A stretch of 64,000 nucleotides of DNA from Thermotogota bacterium (GCA_051748045.1 JBNJGY010000001.1:64001-128000), one strand, 5' to 3'. Shown: positions 29,661 to 39,825, counted from the stretch's first letter. The notes: a model not told the origin generated them from the sequence alone. Numbers and translations: made by a program.

Positions 29661-30890
29661 ATGAAGATAGGTAAGTTTGCAAAAAAAAATAATTTAACTG
29701 TTGACACTATAAGATATTATGTAGAACTAGGACTTCTATTACCTGAAAAGGTTAATAATCAATTTTCTTTTGATGAGAAATGCCAAAATGATTTAGAAGA
29801 AATAATCAATTTAAAAAATATGAGGTTTTCAATTTCTCAAATTCAAAGTATTTTTTCAACAAGAAGATTTACTAAATTAATAAATGATGAGGAACTAAAT
29901 TATTATATATCTTTTTTTGAAAATAAAAAAAATGAACTTATAAAAGAAAAAAAAGAAATCGATAAATCAATTGATAAAATTGACAAAAAGATTGAAGATA
30001 TTAAAAATAGTTATGAAAAAAGAAACGTAGATTTGGGTATTCCTGTTTCTTTTTTAAGTAATTTATCTTGTCCTAAATGTAATAAATCTTTGAATTTAGT
30101 TAAAGGAAATATAGAAAATAATCAAATTTTTAATGGAGAACTCAAATGTAAGTGCGGATATGAAGCAAAAATTGAAGATGGAATTTTAATCACAGAGAAC
30201 GCAGAAACATATATGCCTGAAAACTTAGAAAAAGATAACCCAGGAAATATTTTTGTCAAAAAAACTAATATGTCTTTTGCGAATTTAATATATAAAGGTA
30301 TGTCTTGGATTTATAAAAGATTAAACCAAATAGATTTAAAAAATATAAATATTCTAGAAATTGGAACTGGTTCAGGTTTTTTCTTAAAAAAATTGATTGA
30401 GTCATTAGATGATACTTCTGTTTACATAGCAGTTGATAACAACCTAGAGTTTTTAAAATCTGCAAAAAAGTATTTACAAGCTATCGGTAAAGAAGCCAAC
30501 ATAGTGTTCATAGCTTGTGACTTTAAAGAAATCCCTTTACAAAATGATACTTGTGATATTTTACTAGATGTATATGGGACAGCTGACGACTCTTTGAATA
30601 AAGATTTTTACCCTATAAGAGATACTAAACACCTTTTAAAAAACAAAGGCTTTTGGTATGGAACATATATACATTTCAATGACAATTCAAAAACCTTGAC
30701 TACAATAAGCAGAGAAGCTAGAGAAAAATATAAGTCAGATTTCATAAGAAAATCTTTCGCAAGCAATGGATTTGAAGAAATAGAATCTAGTTTTTTAGGG
30801 AAAGCTACAAAATATGGAGAATCAGAGCCTTTTATTGTTGATGGAGACATAGTTAATCATTGGGGATTTGTTTGTAGAAAATATATATAA
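29661..30890 (+). CDS. MerR-family transcriptional regulator fused to a Zn-ribbon and class I methyltransferase-like domain
   Basis: MKIGKFAK..TIRYY..GLL HTH, coiled coil, CPKC...CKC, ILEIGTGSG. Confidence 0.88.
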   Translation: MKIGKFAKKNNLTVDTIRYYVELGLLLPEKVNNQFSFDEKCQNDLEEIINLKNMRFSISQIQSIFSTRRFTKLINDEELNYYISFFENKKNELIKEKKEIDKSIDKIDKKIEDIKNSYEKRNVDLGIPVSFLSNLSCPKCNKSLNLVKGNIENNQIFNGELKCKCGYEAKIEDGILITENAETYMPENLEKDNPGNIFVKKTNMSFANLIYKGMSWIYKRLNQIDLKNINILEIGTGSGFFLKKLIESLDDTSVYIAVDNNLEFLKSAKKYLQAIGKEANIVFIACDFKEIPLQNDTCDILLDVYGTADDSLNKDFYPIRDTKHLLKNKGFWYGTYIHFNDNSKTLTTISREAREKYKSDFIRKSFASNGFEEIESSFLGKATKYGESEPFIVDGDIVNHWGFVCRKYI

Positions 30891-30918
30891 TATTCTTTTA
30901 ATATGAGGAGTAATAATT

Positions 30919-31617
30919 ATGTATGATAATAATGATGAGTTTAAAAATATGATACGTAAAATCTTGAAAGAAAATCCAGAGCTAAAAAATTTTAACTTAG
31001 ATTTTATAAAGGATGTCAATCCAGAAGATATTGATGAAATTATAGAAAAATTAAAAGTAGCCTCTCAAAAATTTACAGAAGCAGAATATTCTGTAAAAGA
31101 TGATGTCGATAAAACTTTATCTTTTGAGGCGAAGGATCTTTCAATCAATTATGAAACCTATTTGAAAACTATTATGATCTTTCCCTTTGCTTTAGCAGTA
31201 GGAGAAGATATTTTAGAAGACGTTCCAACAGAAGGAGAATTACATGGTGAGTTTTTTGGTAAAAAAGTTGATTTTGAATATGATAATATTTATGAATTAA
31301 TATCTATAAAGAAAAATGTGGCAATGAAAATTGGCAAACTTATACGTAAAAATTATCCTGATTTTTTGGAGTTCAGAGAAGATATAAAATCTTATTTAGA
31401 AAAAATAACTAATTCATATTTAAAAGCATTTGGTTTTGAAGACAGTTTTGAAATATCTGATATTAGAGAGTTTAATATGTTAGTTAGATTAAAGCCTAAA
31501 GATTATGAAAAAATAGAAGATTTTTATGAGAATCATTTGGATTCTGAAGAAATTGAAAAATTTAAAATATTCAAAGCCTATTTAATCACTGAATTTTCTA
31601 TAGCTGTAATTGATTGA
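30919..31617 (+). CDS. Hypothetical protein
   Basis: 232-aa ORF with GAGGAG RBS; no motif recognised. Confidence 0.7.
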   Translation: MYDNNDEFKNMIRKILKENPELKNFNLDFIKDVNPEDIDEIIEKLKVASQKFTEAEYSVKDDVDKTLSFEAKDLSINYETYLKTIMIFPFALAVGEDILEDVPTEGELHGEFFGKKVDFEYDNIYELISIKKNVAMKIGKLIRKNYPDFLEFREDIKSYLEKITNSYLKAFGFEDSFEISDIREFNMLVRLKPKDYEKIEDFYENHLDSEEIEKFKIFKAYLITEFSIAVID

Positions 31618-31660
31618 TACAAATAAAACACAATATTCATAAAATTTAAATATTTACCAC

Positions 31661-31689
31661 TTGATTTCTACTTTTATATTTGCTATAAT
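31661..31689 (+). promoter_or_regulatory. Sigma70-type promoter of the cold-shock gene
   Basis: TTGATT-17 bp-TATAAT with extended TG. Confidence 0.65.
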
Positions 31690-31753
31690 ATAAATAAGTA
31701 ACTAACTGCATGCTACATTTGGTAGCGCGGTTGTAAAAAATGGAGGTATTCAC

Positions 31754-31951
31754 GTGAAAGGTACAGTTAAATGGTTTGACGCAAAAAAAGGTTATGGTTT
31801 CATCACAGGAGAAGACGGTAAAGATGTATTTGTTCATTTCTCAGCAGTAGACATGGACGGATATAAAAAATTAGAAGAAAACCAAGAAGTAGATTTTGAA
31901 ATTGTTGAAGGCGAAAAAGGACCACAAGCTTCAAACGTAACAGTTAGATAA
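31754..31951 (+). CDS. Cold-shock protein
   Basis: KGTVKWF, KGYGFI, VFVHFS, KGPQA. Confidence 0.97.
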   Translation: MKGTVKWFDAKKGYGFITGEDGKDVFVHFSAVDMDGYKKLEENQEVDFEIVEGEKGPQASNVTVR

Positions 31952-31983
31952 ATCTAACCATAATCCGCCTATTAAGGCTTAAA

Positions 31984-32015
31984 TAAGAGTTGCTGTTTTT
32001 ACAGCAACTCTTTAT
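31984..32015. terminator. Bidirectional terminator between csp and deoC
   Basis: AAGAGTTGCTGT-N4-ACAGCAACTCTT. Confidence 0.85.
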
Positions 32016-32022
32016 ATTTTAT

Positions 32023-32760
32023 TTATCCATTTATTATTTTTATACCAGAACTTGCCCCAATCCTTGTAGCTCCTGACTTGATCATCTTAGATGCTTTTTC
32101 AAAATCTCTTATTCCTCCAGATGCTTTAACTTCTAAAGTTTCTCCAACAACAAATTTCATTAAAGAAACATCTTCTTCTTTAGCACCATCAGTCCCAAAA
32201 CCAGTGGACGTTTTAACAAAATCTGCTCCTGCTATTTTTGACAAAACACAAGCTGCTATTTTTTCAGTTTTATCTAAGTAACAAGTTTCTATGATGACTT
32301 TTACTAATTTATCATTTGATGCATCGACTACAGACTTTATATCAGAAAATATTTTGTCATATTGTTTTGCTTTTAACCAGCCTATATTAATTACCATATC
32401 TAATTCATCTGCTCCATCATTTATAGCTATTTTAGTTTCTTCAACTTTTGATTCAGAAGATGTTGCACCTAAAGGAAACCCTATGACAGTGGCAATTTTA
32501 ACTTCAGAATCTTTTAATGATTCAGCTGATATTTTTATCATGCTTGGATTTACGCAAACTGAGAAAAAATTATTTTCTTTTGCTTCCTGACATAGTTTCT
32601 CTACATCATTTTCTGTTGCATATGCATGTAATAAAGTGTGATCAATCATTTGAGCAATTTCTTTGGGTTCAATATTTATGTCTTTGTATTCGTGTTTGTA
32701 ATTTTTTTCTACTCTTTCAACTTCTTTTGATATAATTGCATTTAATTCTTTTAATTCCAC
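32023..32760 (-). CDS. deoC: Deoxyribose-phosphate aldolase
   Basis: IDHTLL, VIGFPLG, KVIIET, FVKTSTGF, KASGGIR. Confidence 0.97.
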   Translation of the reverse strand: MELKELNAIISKEVERVEKNYKHEYKDINIEPKEIAQMIDHTLLHAYATENDVEKLCQEAKENNFFSVCVNPSMIKISAESLKDSEVKIATVIGFPLGATSSESKVEETKIAINDGADELDMVINIGWLKAKQYDKIFSDIKSVVDASNDKLVKVIIETCYLDKTEKIAACVLSKIAGADFVKTSTGFGTDGAKEEDVSLMKFVVGETLEVKASGGIRDFEKASKMIKSGATRIGASSGIKIING

Positions 32761-32773
32761 ATTAATTCACTCC

Positions 32774-33991
32774 TTATTTATATATTCTCTTACATGTTTT
32801 CCATCCATAAATCAATCTAAGACTTTCATAAAAAGGTATATCTATTATGAAATCAAAATAACTTCTATATTTTCTTGAAAATCCATCTAATATTTTATTT
32901 AATTCTTCTGAATAATCAGGACCTTTTAACCTTATTCTATAACCACTATCTTCATTAAAGAATCCGTTTGTTTTTAATCCTTTTTTTACTAAATTTACTT
33001 TCGTTTTGAATAAAATAATATCTAAATTCCCAAATTTTTCTATTAATTTCTTATATATAAAGTTTGCTCCCTTGTAATTTTTCATGTTAAAAAATTTCAA
33101 AAAATTATTTTCAAAATTATCTGCAACTCCTACCTTGACTTTATTTTGATCAACATAAGAAAATATTTTATTAGAAAACAAACAATAGTTTTCTATTGAA
33201 TAGCTGCTTTTATTTGAACTATAAGCATGAATACATTTGGCACAAGGAAATTCATCTTTTTTAACTGCTGATAATGCTGAAGCTGATTTGTCAACATCTC
33301 TAGTAAATTGAGAATTATAATAGTTGAAAATAGATATTGTTTTCTTTGCTTTTCCTTCTAAAAAAGATTTTGATACCATAGATTCTACTTCTTTGAAATT
33401 TTTATTATATAAATTAATAGCCATATTTACATATGAATAATTTGATAGCTCTCCAGCCATTTTTATAAATTTATATGCATAATCAAATTTATTATCTTTA
33501 ATAAATAATAACCCCATTAAAAAATGAGAGTATGGATTATTCTTTTTTTTCTCCACTAAACTTCTAGCAAATTTAAGTTTATCATTATCGTCTCTAAAAA
33601 TTTTTAATACACCTAAGTTAAACAATGATTCAATATCATTTCCAGATAAGAAAAAGTTCTCAGCCTTTTCAAAGTCATTTCTTAAAAGGTGCATCAAACC
33701 AAATTGATTATTATATTCACCTGGTGATTTTGATGATAACCTATTTTCAAAATACAAAGACAATTTCTCATCAGAAATATTTACATCGTAAATAACAAAA
33801 TCCATCCAAGTTTTTAATTTATTAATAGGTATATTCAATGAATTACTTTCAAGTTCATAATTGTAAATTGTTGTTTTCTTTTTCTTCTTTTCTTCTTTTG
33901 ATTCGTAGTTTATTCCCTTTTTGCTCAAATCTTTTTTAAATTGATCTTTTAATTTATAAATGTTATTTAATTTATCATTTTTATCAGACAT
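32774..33991 (-). CDS. Hypothetical protein with TPR-like repeats
   Basis: Helical motifs (FNLGVL, HFLMGLL..AYKFI); probable ATG at 33991. Confidence 0.6.
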   Translation of the reverse strand: MSDKNDKLNNIYKLKDQFKKDLSKKGINYESKEEKKKKKTTIYNYELESNSLNIPINKLKTWMDFVIYDVNISDEKLSLYFENRLSSKSPGEYNNQFGLMHLLRNDFEKAENFFLSGNDIESLFNLGVLKIFRDDNDKLKFARSLVEKKKNNPYSHFLMGLLFIKDNKFDYAYKFIKMAGELSNYSYVNMAINLYNKNFKEVESMVSKSFLEGKAKKTISIFNYYNSQFTRDVDKSASALSAVKKDEFPCAKCIHAYSSNKSSYSIENYCLFSNKIFSYVDQNKVKVGVADNFENNFLKFFNMKNYKGANFIYKKLIEKFGNLDIILFKTKVNLVKKGLKTNGFFNEDSGYRIRLKGPDYSEELNKILDGFSRKYRSYFDFIIDIPFYESLRLIYGWKTCKRIYK

Positions 33992-34661
33992 TTTTTTCCA
34001 CCTTTCTTGAAAGATTAAAGCTATAATATTGATTTTTACCAACGATTATATGATCGTTGAGTTTTATCCCCAATATTTTACCCGCTTCTTTAATCTTATC
34101 TGTTAGTTCTATGTCCTGAATACTTGGTGAACTATCTCCTGAAGGATGATTATGTACTAGTATAAAAGAAACTGCATTTAATTTTATAGCGCTTTTAAAA
34201 ATATCTCTTGGATGTGCTATAGAGCTATTTGCAGTACCCTCACTAATATTTTCTTTATGAATTACGTTTAACTTTGAATCAAGTAAATAAACCCTAACAA
34301 ATTCTTTTTCAAAATAGATCATATCTTGAGAGATATTGTAGACATCTTCTGGTGATTTGATTTTTTGATATGTAGTTTTTAATTTCTGAAGATGAAATCT
34401 TTTCCCCATTTCCAATGCTGCCTTTAAATTAATTGCTGCGACTTTTCCTACACCCTTTATTTTGATTAATTCATTTAAATCTAATTTTTGAAGCCCTACA
34501 AAATCTTTATGCTTATCTATAATTTCCTCTGAAAGCTCAAAAACATTTTTATCTTTAATACCTCTCCTTAAAATAATAGCGAGTAATTCTTTATCTTCAA
34601 GAGTTTCTTCTCCATAAATCAAGAGTTTTTCTCTTGGAAGCAGCTCTTTTTCCAAATCCAT
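33984..34661 (-). CDS. radC: RadC family JAB-domain protein
   Basis: PREKL, ELLAIIL, HhH, HPRDIF, HNHPSGDxxPSxxD, DHII. Confidence 0.95.
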   Translation of the reverse strand: MDLEKELLPREKLLIYGEETLEDKELLAIILRRGIKDKNVFELSEEIIDKHKDFVGLQKLDLNELIKIKGVGKVAAINLKAALEMGKRFHLQKLKTTYQKIKSPEDVYNISQDMIYFEKEFVRVYLLDSKLNVIHKENISEGTANSSIAHPRDIFKSAIKLNAVSFILVHNHPSGDSSPSIQDIELTDKIKEAGKILGIKLNDHIIVGKNQYYSFNLSRKVEKNV

Positions 34662-34677
34662 CCCCCCAATGAATTAT

Positions 34678-35235
34678 CTAAATTTTTTTCAATCTAGAAT
34701 ACAACTCTGATATTGGTAATCCCATTATGTTATAGTAATCACCCTTTATTTCATCAATAAAGACTGCTCCAAAATCTTGTATCCCATATCCTCCTGCTTT
34801 ATCATAAACATTATAGTTTTCAATATAGTACAATAAAGTTTCCATATCAAAATCTCTAAAATGCACATCAGTTTTAACACTAAATAGTTCTTCTTTGGAC
34901 TCACTTTTTATACATATTCCTGTATATACTTGATGCCAATTATTTTTTAAAGAATTTAAATATTTTATGGCTTTTTCTTTAGAATTAGGTTTAAAAAGAA
35001 TTTCGTTTTCTAAACAAACTATTGTATCAGCGGTTATAATAATCTCATTTATATATATATCTAAAACATTCATTTTATTTAAAGCTATTTCTTTAACTAT
35101 TTCTTCTGGTTTTTGTTCAGTAAAGCTCTCATCTATTCTTTTAGCTCTTATTTCAAAATCTTTTACTATCATTTTTAATAATTCTTTTCTTCTTGGTGAA
35201 GATGATCCTAAGATTATTTTTTTGTTTATAATCAT
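34678..35235 (-). CDS. maf: Maf family nucleoside triphosphate pyrophosphatase
   Basis: ILGSSSPRR, ADTIV, KP, DKAGGYGIQ, GDYYNIMGLP. Confidence 0.95.
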   Translation of the reverse strand: MIINKKIILGSSSPRRKELLKMIVKDFEIRAKRIDESFTEQKPEEIVKEIALNKMNVLDIYINEIIITADTIVCLENEILFKPNSKEKAIKYLNSLKNNWHQVYTGICIKSESKEELFSVKTDVHFRDFDMETLLYYIENYNVYDKAGGYGIQDFGAVFIDEIKGDYYNIMGLPISELYSRLKKI

Positions 35236-35735
35236 TAATCCAAGCTCCTTTTTATCACTGAAACAATTGAAGAATTAATAAACGCGCTTATTGCACCAAA
35301 TATTATCATATATGGTAAATACCAAAAAATACCTGTTGACTTTACGACGAATAACCATGCCACTATTACCTGAAATATATTACTAAAAAAAGCACCTATT
35401 TCTGATACACCTAAAACACCAATTTTTTTTATATTTTTATACGCAAGAACCATCATAAAAGAACTCACTAAACTTCCAGTAAGTCCTAATAAAAATGTTG
35501 GTGATAATATTTTACCTGATAACAGAGAGCCTAATAATGTCTTTAAAAACGCTATAAAAATAGTATTCGCATACCCATAACCGTTAACAACAGCCATTAA
35601 TACTGGGAAATTTGAAAACCCCCATTTTGCTCCTGGTACAGCAACTGGCAAGGGTAAAAAAGTTTCAAAATAATAAATAGCAGAAGCTAATCCAGTTAGA
35701 ATAGCTAAATAAGATATCTTTTTTGATTTTTGCAA
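35235..35735 (-). CDS. Gx transporter family membrane protein (heptaprenyl diphosphate synthase component I-like)
   Basis: E..LP....PGAKWGFSN motif, SEIGAFFSN..Q, multiple TM segments. Confidence 0.8.
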   Translation of the reverse strand: MQKSKKISYLAILTGLASAIYYFETFLPLPVAVPGAKWGFSNFPVLMAVVNGYGYANTIFIAFLKTLLGSLLSGKILSPTFLLGLTGSLVSSFMMVLAYKNIKKIGVLGVSEIGAFFSNIFQVIVAWLFVVKSTGIFWYLPYMIIFGAISAFINSSIVSVIKRSLD

Positions 35736-35740
35736 TTAGA

Positions 35741-36784
35741 TCATCTTCCTTTATCTTTAAAATAATCAAATCCATCAGTTTGTCTTATCTCATTTTCATT
35801 TGACATAATATAGACTTGAACTCCAAACTCTTCTTCATAGTAGTCTAAAGCAGGATTATCAAAACCTAAAATGAATAAAGCAGTAGAATAAGCATCTGCT
35901 ATCATAGCACTATCTGCAATTACAGTTACACTTGCGACTCCTCTCGCAGGGTATCCAGTATCAGGGTCTATTAAATGATGGTATCTTTTTCCATCTTGCA
36001 TAAAATATCGTTCATAGTTGCCTGAAGTAACTACAGAACCATTTTTTAAATAAATTTTTTCTATATAATTATAAGGATTAGTAGAAAATGGATCTCTAAC
36101 TCCTATAATCCATGGTAAATTATTGTTTTTTGGGCCTATAACCCCTACATCTCCACCAGCTTCTATAAATCCAGATGCGTTAGGATCTACTTGTTTAATT
36201 CTTTTTATAACTCTATCTACTGCATAACCTTTTGCTATTCCACCTAAATCTATTTGAACATCTTCTTTTAAAAAAGAAATTGTGCTGTTTTTTTCATCTA
36301 TTTCAACAAATTTATAACTCACTTCATCCAAACTATCTTCAATTTCTTCTTTTGATGGAACTCTTTTTTTTGCTTCACTATCATCAAAACCCCATAATTT
36401 TATAATAGGCCTGATTGTAGGATCAAATGCTCCACCTGTTATTTGAGCTAAATTTAAGGAAGATTGAAACAAAAACATACTTTCTTCATCTACTTGAATT
36501 GCACCTTTTTCATTTAATTGATTAACAATACTACTTTCAACATTGGTAGAGAATTTATTATGAATTCTATCTAACTCTTTACCAGCAATATCTAATAGCG
36601 TTTCAGCTGAAACTTTATCTCCAGCTACTTTAATGTTGACAACTGTTCCTAATACATCATATACACGGTCAGAATATGTGGGTTTTGGTTTAGACCCTAT
36701 TAAAAATATTATTAGCCCAATCCCCACTATCAAAATACCTACATAGATATATATTGTTAGATTTTTATTTCTTTTGACCCGCAC
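35741..36784 (-). CDS. apbE: FAD:protein FMN transferase (ApbE family)
   Basis: GAFDPT, DLGGIAKGY, GGD, TSGNYER, HHLIDP, ADAYSTA. Confidence 0.95.
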   Translation of the reverse strand: MRVKRNKNLTIYIYVGILIVGIGLIIFLIGSKPKPTYSDRVYDVLGTVVNIKVAGDKVSAETLLDIAGKELDRIHNKFSTNVESSIVNQLNEKGAIQVDEESMFLFQSSLNLAQITGGAFDPTIRPIIKLWGFDDSEAKKRVPSKEEIEDSLDEVSYKFVEIDEKNSTISFLKEDVQIDLGGIAKGYAVDRVIKRIKQVDPNASGFIEAGGDVGVIGPKNNNLPWIIGVRDPFSTNPYNYIEKIYLKNGSVVTSGNYERYFMQDGKRYHHLIDPDTGYPARGVASVTVIADSAMIADAYSTALFILGFDNPALDYYEEEFGVQVYIMSNENEIRQTDGFDYFKDKGR

Positions 36785-37749
36785 TTAATACAACCTCCAG
36801 TTTTATCTATATTTTTTAATTTAACATTATAACCATTTCTTTCAACTAGTATTTCTCCACAATTAGAGCAAAATGTAGATTCATAATTAGTATTCCATGT
36901 ATTACCTAAATAAACATAATCAAGATACTTTTTAGCCAAATGATATACTTCTTTCATGGAGCCAATGTCAGTAGGCATTTTTTCGTATTTATATCTTGGA
37001 TAATAACGGCTTAAATGAATTGGTATTTTACTAGATATATTAGACAAAAATTTGAATTCTTCTTCCAATTTTCCAAGATCATCACTAATCCCAGGTACAA
37101 TTAATGTAGTTATTTCAATATGTTTATTTTTATTATAAATAAGTTCTATATTTTGTTTTATATTTTCAAGCTCACCTTTGAGTTGCTTTTTATATATTTT
37201 ATCATCAAATGTTTTTAAGTCAATATTAAAAGCATCAATATAGTTAATTAAATCTTCTAAAGGTTCTTTTTCAATAAATCCATTTGTGACCATTACATTA
37301 TAATTATTATCATTAAAATTTTTTACTTTTTTTGCAGTTTCAAGCATATATTCAAACCAAACTACAGGTTCTGAATATGTATAAGCTACGCCTTTTACAT
37401 CATATTTTTTCATTAATTCAGGTATTTCGTTAGGTTTTAATATTTTTTTTGATGGTGGGTTATATTGTGAAATTTCAAAATTTTGACAAAATGGACATTT
37501 TAAATTACATCCCCAAGTCCCAAGAGAAAGAATTTCATCGCCAGGTTTAAAATTGAATAAAGGTTTTTTTTCTATGGGATCTAAACCAAATCCAGTTACT
37601 TCTGCATAATTCAAAGAGTATAATTTTCCATCAACATTTTTCCTAACATTGCAAATTCCTACTTGATCTTCAGAGATTCCACAATTATGTGGACATAGAT
37701 TACAAATTATTATATCATCTTTTTTTTCATAATACATAGCTTCTTTCAT
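36757..37749 (-). CDS. amrS: AmmeMemoRadiSam system radical SAM enzyme
   Basis: CxLCPHxC, DPIEKKPL, GCNLKCPFCQN, YTYSEP, C-terminal CxxC pairs; probable ATG at 37749. Confidence 0.92.
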   Translation of the reverse strand: MKEAMYYEKKDDIIICNLCPHNCGISEDQVGICNVRKNVDGKLYSLNYAEVTGFGLDPIEKKPLFNFKPGDEILSLGTWGCNLKCPFCQNFEISQYNPPSKKILKPNEIPELMKKYDVKGVAYTYSEPVVWFEYMLETAKKVKNFNDNNYNVMVTNGFIEKEPLEDLINYIDAFNIDLKTFDDKIYKKQLKGELENIKQNIELIYNKNKHIEITTLIVPGISDDLGKLEEEFKFLSNISSKIPIHLSRYYPRYKYEKMPTDIGSMKEVYHLAKKYLDYVYLGNTWNTNYESTFCSNCGEILVERNGYNVKLKNIDKTGGCIKCGSKEIKI

Positions 37750-37762
37750 TAATATCCCCCCC

Positions 37763-38272
37763 TCATTCATATCTATTTACTTCAAATTTAAAAATTTCAT
37801 AATCATTCGATTCTATTCCTGCTTTCATTTTTGTTATCTCTATTTGTTTTTTAACAGTATCTACACCATCTAAATTTGGAAGTAGAACTCCTTTTCTATA
37901 ATCTTTTTTTATTACTATTCCATATTTAGTAGGATCTAATTCTTCGACAGAGTTAACTTTCTTTAGTTCCCCTAGTACATCAACACTAATTGAAATCTGT
38001 GAAAATTCTTCCTTAGTAACTGCTGGAAATCTAGGATCTTTAAAAGCTGCTGAAATGGCATTATGAGAAATTTCTAGATATAAATTGTCATAATAAGGCT
38101 CTATAGTACCAATACATCCTCTGAGAGAACCATCTTGATTATGCAGAGTTACAAAACAACTTCTTTTTACTTGAAATTTTTCATTTAGTGCATATTTTTC
38201 TTTTTCGAAACTGTAGTTCTCTTCTAATTCTGATTTAATAACGTCATAAGCCAATTTTACATATACATGCAT
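37763..38272 (-). CDS. amrA: AmmeMemoRadiSam system protein A (AMMECR1 domain)
   Basis: CFVTL, LRGCIGT, SAAFKDPRF, GVLLP. Confidence 0.93.
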   Translation of the reverse strand: MHVYVKLAYDVIKSELEENYSFEKEKYALNEKFQVKRSCFVTLHNQDGSLRGCIGTIEPYYDNLYLEISHNAISAAFKDPRFPAVTKEEFSQISISVDVLGELKKVNSVEELDPTKYGIVIKKDYRKGVLLPNLDGVDTVKKQIEITKMKAGIESNDYEIFKFEVNRYE

Positions 38273-38324
38273 AAAATCACCTCTTAAAACAATTATAACA
38301 TGAAAAATGTAAGCTTATTTATGT

Positions 38325-38353
38325 TTGAATTTATATTCAAAAAAAGGTATAAT
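38325..38353 (+). promoter_or_regulatory. Probable promoter of the atp operon
   Basis: TTGAAT-17 bp-TATAAT. Confidence 0.6.
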
Positions 38354-38392
38354 TTTTTTGTGTGTATTTAAGTAGAAGGCGGTTTTAATAAT

Positions 38393-38668
38393 ATGAAATT
38401 TGACTTAAGAACTTTTAACCAATTAAACTTGGTTTTAATGTTTGGAGTAACTGTTATATCAAATATCTTTGTAGGCTTAGGAATTGGTTGGTTATTGAAT
38501 GAATTATTGAACCAAACTTTTTGGATGATTATTTTTATGTTTTTAGGAATAGCTTCAGGCCTATATTTTGGAATTAAAGATCTTTTAAGAGAGGCTGAAA
38601 AATATGACAAAGCTCAAAATTCTTCTAAAAAAACTAATAATAAAAACAATAATAATTTCAACGATTGA
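38393..38668 (+). CDS. AtpZ/AtpI family ATP synthase-associated membrane protein
   Basis: Two TM helices with the GxGIGWLL...LGIASG pattern; first gene of atp operon. Confidence 0.8.
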   Translation: MKFDLRTFNQLNLVLMFGVTVISNIFVGLGIGWLLNELLNQTFWMIIFMFLGIASGLYFGIKDLLREAEKYDKAQNSSKKTNNKNNNNFND

Positions 38669-38948
38669 GTTCTTGATTTTATTGTTTTTTTATGGTATAT
38701 ACTCATTATGGGTATTTTGGGGTTCATTTGGAGCCATTTTAGGCTTTTGGTTAATAAGCACAGATATTAGAAAAATGGTTTATAATATTGATATTAAGAA
38801 AAAGAAAAAGTTAGAAAAAGGTTACATTTTCAGGTATGCTTTGTATGGTATAATATTATTCGTACCTGCTATAATCTCTGAAGAATCAATTGTACCTACA
38901 ATAGTGGGTATATTTAATTTGAAGGTAGTTCCCTTTTTTGAAAAATAA
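38604..38948 (+). CDS. atpI: ATP synthase subunit I-like membrane protein
   Basis: 4 TM segments, YIFRY motif, position upstream of atpB. Confidence 0.7.
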   Translation: MTKLKILLKKLIIKTIIISTIEFLILLFFYGIYSLWVFWGSFGAILGFWLISTDIRKMVYNIDIKKKKKLEKGYIFRYALYGIILFVPAIISEESIVPTIVGIFNLKVVPFFEK

Positions 38949-38973
38949 TAAGAAATACCCGGGGGTGTTTTAA

Positions 38974-39801
38974 TTGGTTAAAGAAAAACGTTTAAAACGT
39001 AGTATTTTAGTTTTTTTTGTTTTATATGTAGCTTTGGGTATTGTTAATTTTTTTGTATATGATCAAGAATTAACAGGTATTGCACAGAGATGGATTTGGG
39101 AATTTGGACAAGGTAACAGTATTTGGACACAAATCAACCCAATGACATTGATAATGTCCTTTGTTGTTATTGCAAGTATACTTATATTTGCAAAAACTGT
39201 TAAATTCGAAAGAATTCCTGGTAGAAAACAAAGTATTATAGAATTAATGTTTGATTATTTTTGGGAGCTTGTTGAAGACTCCGTTCCAGATAAAAAATAT
39301 AGAAAATCAACATTCATTATTTCTATGAGTTTGTTTATTTACATTGCTTTTGCCAATGTTATAAGTGGTATTCCAGGAATAGATGTGGTTCCTACTGATG
39401 CTGGAGGACTGAGTGTTGAATTATTTACTAACACCTGGTATACACCTACATCTGATTTAAACACAAATTTGACTTTCGCATTAATGGTTTTTGTTATTAG
39501 TAATGTCTTTGCTATAAGATCTAAAGGCTTTGGAAAATGGTTTAAATCTTTTTTTGAACCAAATCCTATTATGTTTCCTATGAACTTAATTAGTGAAATA
39601 GCAAAACCTATTTCTCATTCATTAAGACTTTTTGGAAATATTATGGGTGGAAGCATATTAGTTTTAATTATTTCTTATATGCTTAAATATTTTGTACTCC
39701 CTATTTTCTTATGGGGATTTTTCGGTTGGTTTGTTGGACTAATACAGGCTTTTGTTTTCGCCTTATTAGCTATTGCATATATAGGATCATTATTAGAATA
39801 A
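38974..39801 (+). CDS. atpB: F0 subunit a
   Basis: PTSDLN, SHSLRLFGNI, IQAFVFALL..AY. Confidence 0.96.
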   Translation: MVKEKRLKRSILVFFVLYVALGIVNFFVYDQELTGIAQRWIWEFGQGNSIWTQINPMTLIMSFVVIASILIFAKTVKFERIPGRKQSIIELMFDYFWELVEDSVPDKKYRKSTFIISMSLFIYIAFANVISGIPGIDVVPTDAGGLSVELFTNTWYTPTSDLNTNLTFALMVFVISNVFAIRSKGFGKWFKSFFEPNPIMFPMNLISEIAKPISHSLRLFGNIMGGSILVLIISYMLKYFVLPIFLWGFFGWFVGLIQAFVFALLAIAYIGSLLE

Positions 39802-39825
39802 AACCTAAAAAGGAGGAGTATTTAT

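Noticed and set aside
33984-34661. radC as a marker of a mobile element
   Set aside because: Full-length chromosomal type in the common maf-radC arrangement; no integrase or conjugation genes
38324-38341. TTTGAAT-N4-ATTCAAA dyad over the atp -35 as a Rex box
   Set aside because: Does not match TTGTGAA-N4-TTCACAA well, and such AT-rich dyads arise by chance here
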